Assembly: GCA_944392315.1 (NCBI GenBank)
Contig: CALXWH010000008.1
Location: 8,549 to 72,548, forward strand
Reading direction: 5' to 3'
DNA: 64,000 nucleotides
From: an uncultured Alphaproteobacteria bacterium
Lineage (GTDB): Bacteria; Pseudomonadota; Alphaproteobacteria; RF32; CAG-239
Shown: piece after piece, positions 1 to 10,311 of the stretch
Numbering within the stretch: position 1 is the stretch's first letter
Layout: each line of letters opens with the position of its first letter
The notes under the pieces: generated by a model
Databases searched by the model: none
Told to the model about the DNA's origin: nothing
The model's input: only the letters and a program-made list of their open reading frames with translations
Program-made: the position numbers and the translations under genes

Positions 1-725
1 AGTACTTCTGCAGGATGATTGATTCTCTTCCAAGAAATGTCGGTAACGTGTAATAAACCATCAACACCGCCTAAGTCAATGAATGCACCGTAATCTGTTA
101 AGTTCTTAACGATACCTTCTAATACGGCTCCTTCTTTGATGTTGTCAATCAATTCAGCACGAGCAGATGCTCTTGTTTCTTCCAAAACAACACGACGAGA
201 AACAACGATGTTGCCACGTACTTTGTCCATTTTCAAAATTTGGAACGGTTGAGAAATGCCCATTAAAGGTGTGATGTCTTTAATCGGACGAATGTCAATT
301 TGTGAACCAGGTAAGAAAGCAATAGCGCCATTTAAGTCTACAGTGAAACCACCTTTAACACGACCAAAGATTACGCCGTTTACTCTTTCGTTGTTGTTCA
401 TCATCTTTTCAAGGTCTTGCCATACTTCTTCACGGCGAGCCTTTTCACGTGATAATACGATGTTGCCGTCTTTGTCTTCGTATCTGTCTACCAATACTTC
501 TACAACGTCGCCAACTTTTAATTCGTTGTTTTTACCGAATTCACGAAGCGGAATGCGGCCTTCTGATTTCAACCCTACATCAACGGTAGCATAATCATCA
601 GTTAAACGAATGATTGTTCCTTTCATAACTGTGCCAACAATGCCTTTGTTGCCGAATTGTTCGTTCAACAAGTCTTCAAAGTTTTCAGTCATTTCAGGAA
701 TTTGTATTTCTGCAGTATTTGCCAT
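1..725 (-). CDS. rpsA: 30S ribosomal protein S1, N-terminal ~241 codons (gene runs off the window start)
   Basis: Absent from the ORF track because it is open at the window edge. My reverse-strand reading from the ATG (complement of 723-725) gives [93 protein letters not shown], which is consecutive S1/OB repeats. The + ORF 256..594 is its antisense shadow. Confidence 0.9.
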   Translation of the reverse strand, partial: MANTAEIQIPEMTENFEDLLNEQFGNKGIVGTVMKGTIIRLTDDYATVDVGLKSEGRIPLREFGKNNELKVGDVVEVLVDRYEDKDGNIVLSREKARREEVWQDLEKMMNNNERVNGVIFGRVKGGFTVDLNGAIAFLPGSQIDIRPIKDITPLMGISQPFQILKMDKVRGNIVVSRRVVLEETRASARAELIDNIKEGAVLEGIVKNLTDYGAFIDLGGVDGLLHVTDISWKRINHPAEV

Positions 726-892
726 TATTTATATTTTCAAAAAATGCCAGACCCTCTCATAGAGGCGGACTTGTGCATATTAAAAACACTTCTTTATGTT
801 GCACCACATATAAGAATTGTCAGACTTTTAACTTTAAATATCTAAAAAGTCAAGAAAATTGTGCTGAAATAAAGTCTAATTTTGCGGTTTTT

Positions 893-1654
893 TTACACTT
901 TGTAGGGCAATCTTTTATATATGAAATCACTTATCGCATTTGGAAGGATGCTTCCTAGCCATACGGCAAATCTCATCGGCCATGGAAAGGCAATTAAGCC
1001 AACGTTTCTTTGAATACGTTTTGCGATGATTTCTGCTGCCGGTTCAGCTTCCATAAAGAAAGGCATCGGACAGGTGTTTTTTTCTGTTATGCGAGAACGG
1101 ACAAACCCTGGGCAAATGGTGTGTACCTGAATGTTATACGGAAGTAAGTTAAGACGAAGCGCTTCACCGTAAGTTTTTACGCAGGCTTTGGTGGCACTAT
1201 AGGACGGGCAGGCTGGTAAGCCGTGATATCCGGCAATGGAAGCCGTTATGGCAATGATTTTGTCTTTGTCGGTTCTCTTTTTGTAATTTTCTATGGCAGG
1301 GGTGATTGTATTGATGACACCAAAAATGTTGGTGTTGAATGTATTGTATATATTTTCAGGTGTTTCTTCTAATGTGGCAACGCCTGCATTGGCAAATACT
1401 AAATTTAGAGGGGTTTGAGCTTCTGCTTCGTTTATCCAGTTTGCCATATCGTCTTTATTGTATACATCAAGGATTTTTGTGTGAATCTTTGCATTTCCTG
1501 CTTTTTCACAGGCTTTTTTAACTTTCTCTAATCTTTTTGAATTGCGTCCGCAAATGTAGAGATTTTGGGTTTCCGGTTGTTTCGCATAATATAAAGCCAA
1601 GGCTTCCCCAATTCCTGAAGAGGCTCCGGTTAGTAAAATATTTTTGATAATCAT
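893..1654 (-). CDS. SDR family NAD(P)-dependent oxidoreductase
   Basis: 253 aa. Has the TGASSGIGEALA cofactor motif, an NAG motif (FANAGV) and a YSATK (YxxxK) catalytic motif. Confidence 0.85.
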   Translation of the reverse strand: MIIKNILLTGASSGIGEALALYYAKQPETQNLYICGRNSKRLEKVKKACEKAGNAKIHTKILDVYNKDDMANWINEAEAQTPLNLVFANAGVATLEETPENIYNTFNTNIFGVINTITPAIENYKKRTDKDKIIAITASIAGYHGLPACPSYSATKACVKTYGEALRLNLLPYNIQVHTICPGFVRSRITEKNTCPMPFFMEAEPAAEIIAKRIQRNVGLIAFPWPMRFAVWLGSILPNAISDFIYKRLPYKV

Positions 1655-1759
1655 GGTGTAATCCTTTAAATAAAACTTTATTTATCTGTTTTATTATATA
1701 TATTAGTTTTTAAGAAAAGTAAAAGATAAGAAATTCTTTAAGGTATAAATGAGGTTTTT

Positions 1760-2407
1760 ATGATAGGATGTAAAATAAATCTTAAACGACAAGGCACGAT
1801 GTTTATATTTGCGGCACCAAGCGGAGGTGGAAAAAGCTCCGTGATCAAAAAGGTGTTGAGTGCGTTGAAAGATATTCAGCTTTCTGTTTCTGTAACAACA
1901 CGGCAACCGAGAGAGGGAGAAGTTGAAGGTAAAGATTATTATTTTATTTCGGAAGAACAGTTTAAAAAATTGATAAAGAATCAGATGCTTTATGAATATG
2001 TTGATTCAGATTTTGGTCCTAAATATGGAACTCCTAAAGAGCCTGTTGAAAAATTATTGGAACAAGGAAAAGATGTTATTCTTGATTTAGATTACTCTGG
2101 TGTACAAAGTTTGAAGGCTATAGCCGGGGATAGAGTAAAAGCTATTGCTTTGCTTCCTCCGTCTATGAAAGTTTTGCGTGAAAGACTGGTCAACCGTGGT
2201 ACAGATGCGCCGGAAGTTATTGAGCGCAGAATGAATATGGCAGAAAAAAGAATTCGCGAATCTATGTTTTATGACTATGTGATTATGAACGATGATTTGG
2301 ATAAAGCAGCCGATGAAGCTATTGCTATTATTAAAGCGGCTCGGGTGGAAAGAAAAAATCTTTGCAGATTAGAAGAAACGATTAACCAAATTGTGGAAGA
2401 TAAATAG
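1760..2407 (+). CDS. gmk: guanylate kinase
   Basis: P-loop AAPSGGGKSS and TTRQPREGEVEGKDYYF signature. The true start is probably the ATG at 1799 (MFIFAAPSGGGKS). Confidence 0.9.
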   Translation: MIGCKINLKRQGTMFIFAAPSGGGKSSVIKKVLSALKDIQLSVSVTTRQPREGEVEGKDYYFISEEQFKKLIKNQMLYEYVDSDFGPKYGTPKEPVEKLLEQGKDVILDLDYSGVQSLKAIAGDRVKAIALLPPSMKVLRERLVNRGTDAPEVIERRMNMAEKRIRESMFYDYVIMNDDLDKAADEAIAIIKAARVERKNLCRLEETINQIVEDK

Positions 2408-3331
2408 ATGACTAAAATTTTTAACTCTATTACAGAGCTGGTTGGACATACACCTCTTTTAAGATTAGGTAATTTAACAACGAAATTTAAATTAAATGCA
2501 GAAATTTTAGCAAAATGTGAAATGTACAATCCTTTGTTTTCTGCAAAAGATAGAGTTGCTCTGTCTATGTTACAAAAGCAAGAAAAAATTGGGGTAACCG
2601 ATGAGACGGTTTTTGTTGAGGCGACTTCCGGTAATACGGGAATTGCTTTAGCGGCTATGTGTGCTGCAAAAGGATATAAATTGATAATTGTTATGCCTGA
2701 AAATATGTCTCAGGAAAGAATTACTTTAATGAGGCATCTTGGAGCAGAAGTTATCCTTACTCAGGCTGAAGATGGTATGAGCGGGGCTATTCATAAAGCT
2801 GAAATTTTGAAAGAGCGTAACCCAAATGTGGTTATTTTGAGCCAATTTGAAAATGAAGCTAATCCTGATGCGCATAGAATGGGAACAGCTATGGAAATTT
2901 TGGAAGATACCGGTGGAGATTTTGATGCGGTTGTTATTAGTGTCGGGACTTCCGGTACTTTGACAGGGGTTGCTTCGGTTTTAAGAACATATAATCAAGA
3001 TTTATATGTAGCAGCTGTGGAACCGGCCGGAAGTGCAGTTTTGAGCGGAGAGCCTGCAGGGCCTCATAAAATTCAGGGAATCGGAGCAGGCTTTGTGCCA
3101 CCACTTTATGATAAATCTTTAGTTAATGAAGTTATTAAAGTTAGTGATGATAAAGCTATTGAAATGACGAAAATTGTTGCTAAAACAGAAGGATTACCAA
3201 TTGGTATTTCCGGTGGGGCTGCTGTTGCTGCGGCGGTTGAGCTAGCAGGAAGAGAAGAATTTTTGAATAAACGCTTGGTTGTTGTTTTTCCGGATAGTGT
3301 AGAGCGTTATTTGTCAACCGGTTATTTTTAG
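2408..3331 (+). CDS. cysK: cysteine synthase (O-acetylserine sulfhydrylase), PLP-dependent
   Basis: 307 aa. Has NPLFSAKDR (PLP-lysine region), TSGNTGIALA and a GTSGTLTG loop. Its ATG directly abuts the gmk stop. Confidence 0.85.
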   Translation: MTKIFNSITELVGHTPLLRLGNLTTKFKLNAEILAKCEMYNPLFSAKDRVALSMLQKQEKIGVTDETVFVEATSGNTGIALAAMCAAKGYKLIIVMPENMSQERITLMRHLGAEVILTQAEDGMSGAIHKAEILKERNPNVVILSQFENEANPDAHRMGTAMEILEDTGGDFDAVVISVGTSGTLTGVASVLRTYNQDLYVAAVEPAGSAVLSGEPAGPHKIQGIGAGFVPPLYDKSLVNEVIKVSDDKAIEMTKIVAKTEGLPIGISGGAAVAAAVELAGREEFLNKRLVVVFPDSVERYLSTGYF

Positions 3332-3334
3332 GAA

Positions 3335-4450
3335 TTGCTGAACATGATGAAACCAAATTCAATTTTAGGTTCTTACCTTATTAAACAGACGATTTTAAAC
3401 TTTTTGTTTGTGTTGGCTGTCATCTGCGCTATTATCATGATGTTTGATATGATTGAAATTTTGCGTAGAACATCAGGAAGACATGATGTTTCTCTGGGCT
3501 TCTTGATAGAATATGTTATTGCAAAACTTCCAGAAACGGTTGATAAGGTTGTTCCTTTTATTGTTATGGTTTCAACGATGATTGCTTTTTGGCGGCTTAG
3601 TAAATCTAACGAATTTGTTATTATTCGCGCAACCGGAGTTTCTATTTGGGGTGTTTTATCTCCAGTTTTATTGGCGGTGTTTGGTATAGGCGTTTTTTGG
3701 GTTGCGGTTCTTAATCCTATTTCTGCTAAATTGTTTGAGCTAAAAGAAACGATGTCTTACCGATTGTCTACAGATAATCCAAATGCAATGCTTTTTTCTA
3801 ATAAGGGGCTTTGGATACGCGAAGGTAAAGGTGATGATACGGTGGCTATTCTTAACGCCGGTAATTTGAATTTGCAAGATGGTGTTCTTTGGCTTCGGGA
3901 TATCAGTATTATTGAAGTTGATGCAAAAACTCAGGTTAAAAGACGTATTGAAGCGTTTGTTGCGACACTAGAAGACGGAGATTTAAATTTGCGTGATGTA
4001 CGCATTTATAAAGCGGGGCAACAGGCTGAAATTTTAAATAGTCTTAAATATCCGACAGAAATGAATATTCAGAGGATTAAAGATAATTTTGTAGATCCGG
4101 AGGCTATTTCTTTTTGGAATTTACCGGATACAATAGAATTTTATGAAACATCTGGTTTTTCTGTTCAGCGTTATAAAATGAGGTACTTAAGCCTAATAGC
4201 TTTGCCTTTCTTCCTTATGGCTATGGTTTTGGTTGCCGGTATATTCTCTTTAAAAGCCAGTCAGCGTCAGGGGGGTGTTTTGTTGATGATTGTGTCTGGT
4301 ATTGCGACAGGCTTTACGGTGTACTTTACTTCTCAAGTTATTTCTGCTTTTGGTATAAACTCATATATTCCGGCTTGGTTTGCTGTTTGGGCGCCGGCTA
4401 TTGTTGTGGCGTCAATTAGTATATCTGTTTATCTGCACAAAGAAGAGTAA
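3335..4450 (+). CDS. LptF/LptG family LPS export permease
   Basis: 371 aa with a YjgP/YjgQ-like layout: N-terminal TM helices, a central periplasmic beta-rich domain and C-terminal TM helices. The start is likely the ATG at 3344/3347. Confidence 0.75.
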   Translation: MLNMMKPNSILGSYLIKQTILNFLFVLAVICAIIMMFDMIEILRRTSGRHDVSLGFLIEYVIAKLPETVDKVVPFIVMVSTMIAFWRLSKSNEFVIIRATGVSIWGVLSPVLLAVFGIGVFWVAVLNPISAKLFELKETMSYRLSTDNPNAMLFSNKGLWIREGKGDDTVAILNAGNLNLQDGVLWLRDISIIEVDAKTQVKRRIEAFVATLEDGDLNLRDVRIYKAGQQAEILNSLKYPTEMNIQRIKDNFVDPEAISFWNLPDTIEFYETSGFSVQRYKMRYLSLIALPFFLMAMVLVAGIFSLKASQRQGGVLLMIVSGIATGFTVYFTSQVISAFGINSYIPAWFAVWAPAIVVASISISVYLHKEE

Positions 4451-4453
4451 AGT

Positions 4454-4891
4454 CTATTGCAGTAGAGCGAGTATTTCCGGTGAGATTTTGCACGGGCGCA
4501 TATTTTCTAGGCTTAAAAAGACTAAAGTTATTTCTATTTCGCAGAGTATTGTCTCATTGCGGTAGAGCTTTTGTTCCATTTTGAGCGAAACACCTTTTAT
4601 TTCTGAAACTTTGCAGGTGATATTAAGGGCATCATCAAGTTTTGCCGGAGATTTATAGCTAATATGGCAATCACGAACAACGAAGCCTTTTCCTTCTGTC
4701 TTTAGCAGTTGTTCTTGGTTAAGCCCCAAATGACGCAAATATTCTGTACGTGCTCTTTCGGCGTATTTGAGATAATTAGCATAGTAAACAATTCCTCCGG
4801 CATCGGTATCTTCATAGTAGATGCGAATCGGAAAAGAAAATGTCTTGTCTTCAAATAACTTTCCTTTAATTGTATCTGTTGTGTATGTCAT
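4454..4891 (-). CDS. ybgC: YbgC/FadM-type acyl-CoA thioesterase (4HBT hotdog fold)
   Basis: 145 aa. Has IRIYYEDTDAGGIVYYANYLKYAERARTEYL, typical of YbgC, and lies immediately downstream of ruvB as in many proteobacteria. Confidence 0.8.
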   Translation of the reverse strand: MTYTTDTIKGKLFEDKTFSFPIRIYYEDTDAGGIVYYANYLKYAERARTEYLRHLGLNQEQLLKTEGKGFVVRDCHISYKSPAKLDDALNITCKVSEIKGVSLKMEQKLYRNETILCEIEITLVFLSLENMRPCKISPEILALLQ

Positions 4892-4894
4892 GCT

Positions 4895-5956
4895 CTAAAT
4901 TCCTAAATCATCCATGAAACTGAATTGGTTGTTGTTGTTTTTGAATTTGCTTATGCCTAGATATTTACATCCTTGTTCTGACAAAACTCGGCCGCGTGGT
5001 GTGCGTTGTAAAAAGCCTAATTTTAGCAAATACGGTTCAATTACTTCCTCTATCGTGTCTCTTTCTTCGGATAAAGCAGCTGCAAGTGTGTCTGCACCGA
5101 CAGGGCCGCCGCCATAGTTTTTGGCTATGCAATTTAGATATCTGCGGTCAAATTCATCTAGGCCGTAAGCATCTACATCCAGTAATCGGAGAGCTTTGTC
5201 TGCTATGGCAGAATCTATTTCAACATTTCCGGCAACAGCACCAAAATCGCGAACACGCTTTAATAAACGTCCTGCAATACGCGGGGTACCTCTGGAGCGT
5301 TTGGCTATTTCCATAGCGCCATCATTTGATATTGGCATATTTAAGAGATGTGCTCCTCTTAATACAATTTTTTGTAAATCTTCATGGTTATAAAAATCCA
5401 TACGAAGAGGAATACCAAAACGCTCTCTTAATGGTGTGGAAACAAGACCTGAACGTGTTGTTGCTCCAACAAGCGTGAAGGGTTGTAAATCTATTTTTAC
5501 TGAACGGGCAGAAGGACCTTCTCCGATGATAATATCCAACTGAAAATCTTCCATGGCTGAGTATAGCACTTCTTCTATGGCGGGATTTAGGCGGTGGATT
5601 TCATCTATGAATAAAACATCGCGAGCTTCCAAATTAGTTAAAATTGCAGCTAAATCTCCCGCTTTGGTAATCATTGGAGCCGAAGTCGCCTTGAAGCCAA
5701 CACCAAGTTCTTTAGAGATAATGTTTGATAAAGTGGTTTTGCCAAGTCCAGGAGGGCCATAAAGTAAAACATGGTCAAGTACCTCTCCTCTGCTTTTTGC
5801 TGATTGAATAAATACTTTTAAATTTTGGCAGACTTTTTCTTGTCCGACAAATTCATCCAAAGTTGTTGGGCGTAAATTTATTGCAGCCGGAGAGTTGTTT
5901 TCATCGGTTGATAATTTTTGTGCACTTACTATTCTTTCTTTATCATCGGGTGACAT
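4895..5956 (-). CDS. ruvB: Holliday junction branch migration ATPase RuvB
   Basis: GPPGLGKTT Walker [10 protein letters not shown] Walker B, and a C-terminal winged-helix region. Confidence 0.95.
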   Translation of the reverse strand: MSPDDKERIVSAQKLSTDENNSPAAINLRPTTLDEFVGQEKVCQNLKVFIQSAKSRGEVLDHVLLYGPPGLGKTTLSNIISKELGVGFKATSAPMITKAGDLAAILTNLEARDVLFIDEIHRLNPAIEEVLYSAMEDFQLDIIIGEGPSARSVKIDLQPFTLVGATTRSGLVSTPLRERFGIPLRMDFYNHEDLQKIVLRGAHLLNMPISNDGAMEIAKRSRGTPRIAGRLLKRVRDFGAVAGNVEIDSAIADKALRLLDVDAYGLDEFDRRYLNCIAKNYGGGPVGADTLAAALSEERDTIEEVIEPYLLKLGFLQRTPRGRVLSEQGCKYLGISKFKNNNNQFSFMDDLGI

Positions 5957-5958
5957 TA

Positions 5959-6642
5959 TTATTTCTCCAGCTGATTAAATTCTTTTAATGCTAAACGTAT
6001 CAATGTGCCCAAATCAGCTTTGGGATTGTTTAGGCAGATTTCTGTGGCGACGCGGTAAGCATCAATTTTTTGGTAGCCTAAATTTGTTAGAGCGGATGTT
6101 ACATCTTCTGTGTTGTTGTAAGTTTCGTTTTCTGTATCTTCAAGAGGTACTTTTTTAGTTGTCTTTTTTGTTGTAACTTCCTTTTGAGTGTCTTGTTGTG
6201 TAGAAATATCTATATCCGAATTCCCCATATATTCAACAGGAATAGTGACAATTTTATCTTTTAATTCGGTGACTAATCTTGCTGCTAATTTGGGGCCTAC
6301 ACCTGAGGCGCGGAGAAACGAGCTTTTGTCTTGAGCAGCGACGGCTTGCGAAAGTTGTGCCGGAGATAAAGCACTTAATATGCTCAAGCATACTTTTCCG
6401 CCAACGCCTTGAATTTTTGTTAATGTGTTAAACCATTCTTTTTCCCACGGATTTTGAAAGCCGAACAATGTTATACTGTCTTCCTTTATGACTGTTTCTA
6501 TTAGTAAAGAAGCATATTCGCCTTGTTTTAGTCGTGCTAGCGAACGTGAAGACATGTTAACTAAGTAGCCAACACCATTGACGTCAATAATGCAACAATC
6601 TTCACCTATGTTATCAATAATTCCTTTTAGTTTTGCTATCAT
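5959..6642 (-). CDS. ruvA: Holliday junction DNA-binding protein RuvA
   Basis: [18 protein letters not shown] domain, HhH region ([27 protein letters not shown]) and a C-terminal RuvB-binding domain. The flexible linker is unusually long and acidic, rich in T and K. Confidence 0.9.
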   Translation of the reverse strand: MIAKLKGIIDNIGEDCCIIDVNGVGYLVNMSSRSLARLKQGEYASLLIETVIKEDSITLFGFQNPWEKEWFNTLTKIQGVGGKVCLSILSALSPAQLSQAVAAQDKSSFLRASGVGPKLAARLVTELKDKIVTIPVEYMGNSDIDISTQQDTQKEVTTKKTTKKVPLEDTENETYNNTEDVTSALTNLGYQKIDAYRVATEICLNNPKADLGTLIRLALKEFNQLEK

Positions 6643-6710
6643 CTTTTTTCCTTTTCTTTTGATAGTTTAAAAGGCTTTTTGTTGCTCTTCAAGAGTTTTT
6701 TTAGGTAACC

Positions 6711-6812
6711 CCCTTTTATTCAGGGTTTTAATGGCTATATCCGAAGTACCGGACGATACGCATCACAAATTTTAAGCCCTTTTATTCAGGGTTTTAATGG
6801 CTATATCCGAAG
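6711..6812. repeat. two perfect 36-bp direct repeats separated by a 30-bp unique spacer
   Basis: CCCTTTTATTCAGGGTTTTAATGGCTATATCCGAAG occurs at 6711-6746 and again at 6777-6812. The spacer TACCGGACGATACGCATCACAAATTTTAAG lies at 6747-6776. The unit sits in the ruvA/porin divergent intergenic region. Confidence 0.9.
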
Positions 6813-6843
6813 GGATGTTAAACTATAACCAAGGGATAGAAGG

Positions 6844-7989
6844 ATGGAAAAAAATAGAGTGTTTGTTTTAGCTTTGTTATGTCTGATGTGTTCAGAAAAT
6901 GTTAGTGCGGAAAGTTTGACTTCGGAATATCAACAATTTAAGAATAATCTTAATACAAAGTATGGGTTTGACTATAATGTTGATGTTTCTGTTTTGGGGC
7001 AGCGTACCAGCCCAAGTGGTAAAAATAATGCTGTTCAAGCGTATATTTATCCTGAGTTTGCTTGGACAACGTTTGATAATCATTATGGAACGGGTACATT
7101 AAACTTTGCGTATACAATTATTCGGTATGGAAATCATAATGCAAATGATTTGGCTAATAATTCCGGATATGTGACGGGTATTAACGATTATACGGATAAT
7201 GAAAATCAATTTGATGAGTTGTATTATACCTATCAATTGGGAGGAAATTGGAATTGGTTGACTTTGGCTTTAGGTCAGTTTCCGCTTTATAATTTTGATG
7301 GAACTGATTATGATGAAAATCAACAAGTTAACTTTTTAAATGATGCTTTGGCGCAAAATGCTTCTGCCTCTTATTCAGATGCAGGATTGGGTGGATATGT
7401 TCAAATTACCCCAAATGAGGAATGGAGTTTTGCTTTTGGTGGACAAGATGCTACGAATATTGAAGCACCGAGTATACGCTTTAATCATCTGGATGAAAAT
7501 CACTATACAACGTTTGGATATGTAGCCTATACGCCGACAATTAAAGGTTTAGGAGAAGCAGAAGTTTCTTTATTAGTCTATAATCAACCAGGTGTTACAG
7601 AGCAACCACAAACGACAAATGGTTGGTCTCTCAATTTGTCACAAAATATAGGTGAAAAATTGAGTGTTTTTGCACGTGTAAATGAAGTGAGTGGCAGTAT
7701 GGAAGAAATTCGCCAATCTTGGGTTTTTGGTGGTGTTTATAATAACCCATTAGATAGAAATCCTTTAGACCAGATAGGCCTTGCGTATGCATATAATAAA
7801 ATTGATGAGGCAGCGGTGGGTGAAACGCTTTCATGTGATGCAGAACAAGTGATAGAAGCCTATTGGGCGTGGGGAATTGGTGATATGCTGACCATTACAC
7901 CAGATGTGCAGTTATATATCAATCCGGCGCTCAACTCAAAGTCTGATTATGGTGTTGTAACCAGCTTAAGAGCGACGGTGTTCTTTTGA
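6844..7989 (+). CDS. outer-membrane porin, OprB (carbohydrate-selective) family-like
   Basis: Signal peptide ending in VSA|ES. The sequence is aromatic-rich and beta-strand-rich. The C-terminus EAYWAWGIGDMLTITPDVQLYINPALN...LRATVFF resembles the OprB family end and finishes in Phe. Confidence 0.7.
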   Translation: MEKNRVFVLALLCLMCSENVSAESLTSEYQQFKNNLNTKYGFDYNVDVSVLGQRTSPSGKNNAVQAYIYPEFAWTTFDNHYGTGTLNFAYTIIRYGNHNANDLANNSGYVTGINDYTDNENQFDELYYTYQLGGNWNWLTLALGQFPLYNFDGTDYDENQQVNFLNDALAQNASASYSDAGLGGYVQITPNEEWSFAFGGQDATNIEAPSIRFNHLDENHYTTFGYVAYTPTIKGLGEAEVSLLVYNQPGVTEQPQTTNGWSLNLSQNIGEKLSVFARVNEVSGSMEEIRQSWVFGGVYNNPLDRNPLDQIGLAYAYNKIDEAAVGETLSCDAEQVIEAYWAWGIGDMLTITPDVQLYINPALNSKSDYGVVTSLRATVFF

Positions 7990-8051
7990 TAAAAAGTTAG
8001 CTTTCACGTGATGCTTTATCTGCTGTTGATGATTTCAGTGGCAGATTTTAT

Positions 8052-8100
8052 TTTAAATACACCGTTTAAATACAATGTTTAAATACAGTGTTTACAATAT
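8052..8100. repeat. 13-bp tandem repeat, about 3.5 copies (TTTAAATACANYG)
   Basis: tttaaatacaccg (8052-8064), tttaaatacaatg (8065-8077), tttaaatacagtg (8078-8090), then a partial tttacaatatt. Confidence 0.85.
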
Positions 8101-8220
8101 TAAATTCTGCATCGGTGTTTTTGGCTGTGTATTAATAGTAATTTGTTGATGTTTCTTCTTTAAAAAGGGGGTATGTAATCGGTAATTAAATTTCCGTTAC
8201 AATAAAGAGGTTAGTAAAAA

Positions 8221-8751
8221 ATGCGAAAGCTAGGTTTTTTTGTTTTGATTATGTTAATTTCAGCTTGCCAATCCAAGCAGGTTATTGTTCCTGCTGTTGT
8301 TCATAATGTTAATACAACTCAGGAGGTTGTTGTGGAAAAAGCTCGTTTGCCAATAATTGGGGAAGTTGAACCTATTTATTTCTTACCAATGAAATCTCCT
8401 TTTGCTGCTAGAATTGATACAGGTGCTACAACATCGTCTTTGGACTGTCGTGATGTGGAATATTTTGAGCGTGATGGTGAAAAGTGGGTATCCTTTAAGT
8501 TAAAAAATCGGAAAACAGGAGAAGAACATATTTTTGAGAAAAAAATTGAGCGTTCTTTTAAGGTTAAACGTGCCGGACAAGATGAAAGTAGAAAAGCTGT
8601 GAAAATGGATGTCAAAATGGGAGACGAGGTCTTTTCTGCAGTCTTTTCAATTGCAGATCGTTCAAGTTTTGATTATCAAGGATTGGTTGGGCGCAATATC
8701 TTAACAGGAAGATTTTTGGTTGATACTTCAACTTCATATACATTGAACTAA
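8221..8751 (+). CDS. lipoprotein with retropepsin-like (Zn_protease/RimB-like) aspartic peptidase domain
   Basis: Lipobox LISAC. ARIDTGATTSSLD carries the D-T-G-A aspartic-protease signature. It is the first gene of a tightly packed three-gene set. Confidence 0.6.
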   Translation: MRKLGFFVLIMLISACQSKQVIVPAVVHNVNTTQEVVVEKARLPIIGEVEPIYFLPMKSPFAARIDTGATTSSLDCRDVEYFERDGEKWVSFKLKNRKTGEEHIFEKKIERSFKVKRAGQDESRKAVKMDVKMGDEVFSAVFSIADRSSFDYQGLVGRNILTGRFLVDTSTSYTLN

Positions 8752-8765
8752 GTGGGACGCTTATT

Positions 8766-10310
8766 ATGAAAATAAATATAAATAAATTTTTTACGGTTCG
8801 GAAAGTTTTAAGCTTTTTGCTGCTTTGCTCAATAGGGTATTCTGCATATAGTATTTATTATAAAGTGAAATATTGGGGATTTTCCGTTTCTCCAAAGGCT
8901 GTTACGGATGTTTGGACGGTTGATGCCAAAATTTCATTTAATGCATTAGGAGAAAAGGTGCAGGTTTCTCTTGCGGTGCCAAATGATAAGGATGGTTTTA
9001 AAATTTTAAGCGAGGAAGTGGTCGCAAAAGGGTATAAAGTTACTCGTGATAAGAAAAATAGCAGAATTATATTGGATGCACCGCAAAAATCTGGTAAGCA
9101 AAATTTGTATTATCGCTTGAGTATTTATGATGATGCTCAAAATGCATCTCTTAATTCGTTATTGCCTGCTAAAATTGATAGACCTATTTTGGCTGATGAA
9201 GAGCGTTTACAAATGCGAAAAATTTGGAAGATAGCTGATTCTCAAAAAGGTGATAAAGTTCAAAAAGCAATTTTAGCTATAAATCAGGAAATGGATAATC
9301 CGACGATGAGCTTAATTTTGCCTATAAATCATACTTCTAAAGAATTTGCTGAAAAAGTAATTCAAGTTTTAGCATATAAAAGAATCCCTGCAAGAATTGC
9401 TCGGACAATAAAACTTGAAGAGGGACGGAAAACCGAAAAACCAGATATCATGATTGAGGCATATCTTGATGGACGTTGGGGATTGTATGATTTAAATACG
9501 GCGAAAATCGGATTGCCTAAAAATTGGGTTATTATTCAGCGAGGCGGCGTGTCTCTTTTGGATGTTAAAGGGGGAGAAGATTCAACGGTTGTTTTTTCTG
9601 TTTTAAAATCGGTTGCATCGCCTTTGAAAATGGCTGAACATCGTGCGAAAGCAAATGATAAACTTTGGAGTTATAATTATTCTATGTATACACTTCCGGT
9701 ATTTGAGCAAAATACTTTGAAGTGGTTAATGATTTTCCCTCTGGCTATCTTAGTTGTGGTGATTATGCGCAATATTATTGGCGTTTCTACTATGGGGACA
9801 TTTACACCGATGTTGTTGGCTATGGCTTTGGTGCGTACGGGATTTTGGCCGGGGTTGATTTGTTTTTCGGTCATGATTGCTTTGGGGCTTATTATGCGAG
9901 CAGTTGTTGCTAAGTTAAATTTGCTCTTAGTGCCGAGAATTTCTTTTGTGGTTATTTTTGTTATTCTGCTTATTCAGGTTTTAACCGTCGTTGGATATAG
10001 ATTAAATTATACGATTGTTAGTTCGGCAATCTTTTTCCCGATTATTATTACAGCGTGGATTATTGAACGCGCTTCCATAACATGGGAAGAAGATGGAGCT
10101 ATGAATACACTAAAGGAGATATTCTTTACATTTATTACGGCAGTTGTGACGTATTTTGTGATTAGCAATGAATATGTTCGTCATGTTATGTTTGCATTTA
10201 ATGAACTTAATTTGGTTATTTTGTTTGTGGTTATGTTGCTTGGTACGTATACAGGGTATCGTTTGACGGAATTGTTGCGTTTTGCTCCACTAATTCATAA
10301 GGATAATTGA
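8766..10310 (+). CDS. membrane protein with N-terminal periplasmic transglutaminase-like (probably inactive) domain and a C-terminal 7-TM module
   Basis: 514 aa. One N-terminal TM helix, about 300 aa of soluble domain, then a dense block of about 7 hydrophobic helices (aa ~320-505). This architecture and neighbourhood match the 7TM_transglut family. Confidence 0.55.
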   Translation: MKININKFFTVRKVLSFLLLCSIGYSAYSIYYKVKYWGFSVSPKAVTDVWTVDAKISFNALGEKVQVSLAVPNDKDGFKILSEEVVAKGYKVTRDKKNSRIILDAPQKSGKQNLYYRLSIYDDAQNASLNSLLPAKIDRPILADEERLQMRKIWKIADSQKGDKVQKAILAINQEMDNPTMSLILPINHTSKEFAEKVIQVLAYKRIPARIARTIKLEEGRKTEKPDIMIEAYLDGRWGLYDLNTAKIGLPKNWVIIQRGGVSLLDVKGGEDSTVVFSVLKSVASPLKMAEHRAKANDKLWSYNYSMYTLPVFEQNTLKWLMIFPLAILVVVIMRNIIGVSTMGTFTPMLLAMALVRTGFWPGLICFSVMIALGLIMRAVVAKLNLLLVPRISFVVIFVILLIQVLTVVGYRLNYTIVSSAIFFPIIITAWIIERASITWEEDGAMNTLKEIFFTFITAVVTYFVISNEYVRHVMFAFNELNLVILFVVMLLGTYTGYRLTELLRFAPLIHKDN

Positions 10311-10311
10311 T

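Noticed and set aside
256-594. 112-aa + strand ORF (with 657..845 and 719..958) at the window start
   Set aside because: Low-complexity translation with no motifs. The opposite strand reads an unmistakable ribosomal protein S1, so these are antisense shadow ORFs.
6711-6812. Calling the 36/30/36 unit a bona fide CRISPR array
   Set aside because: Two repeats and one spacer with no cas genes in 64 kb fall below what I can support. It is kept as a repeat feature and a finding to test.
8011-8082. 23-aa hydrophobic mini-ORF (MLYLLLMISVADFILNTPFKYNV) upstream of the ATP-grasp triad, as a possible precursor peptide
   Set aside because: No RBS, and it overlaps the tandem repeat. Nothing distinguishes it from a chance ORF.
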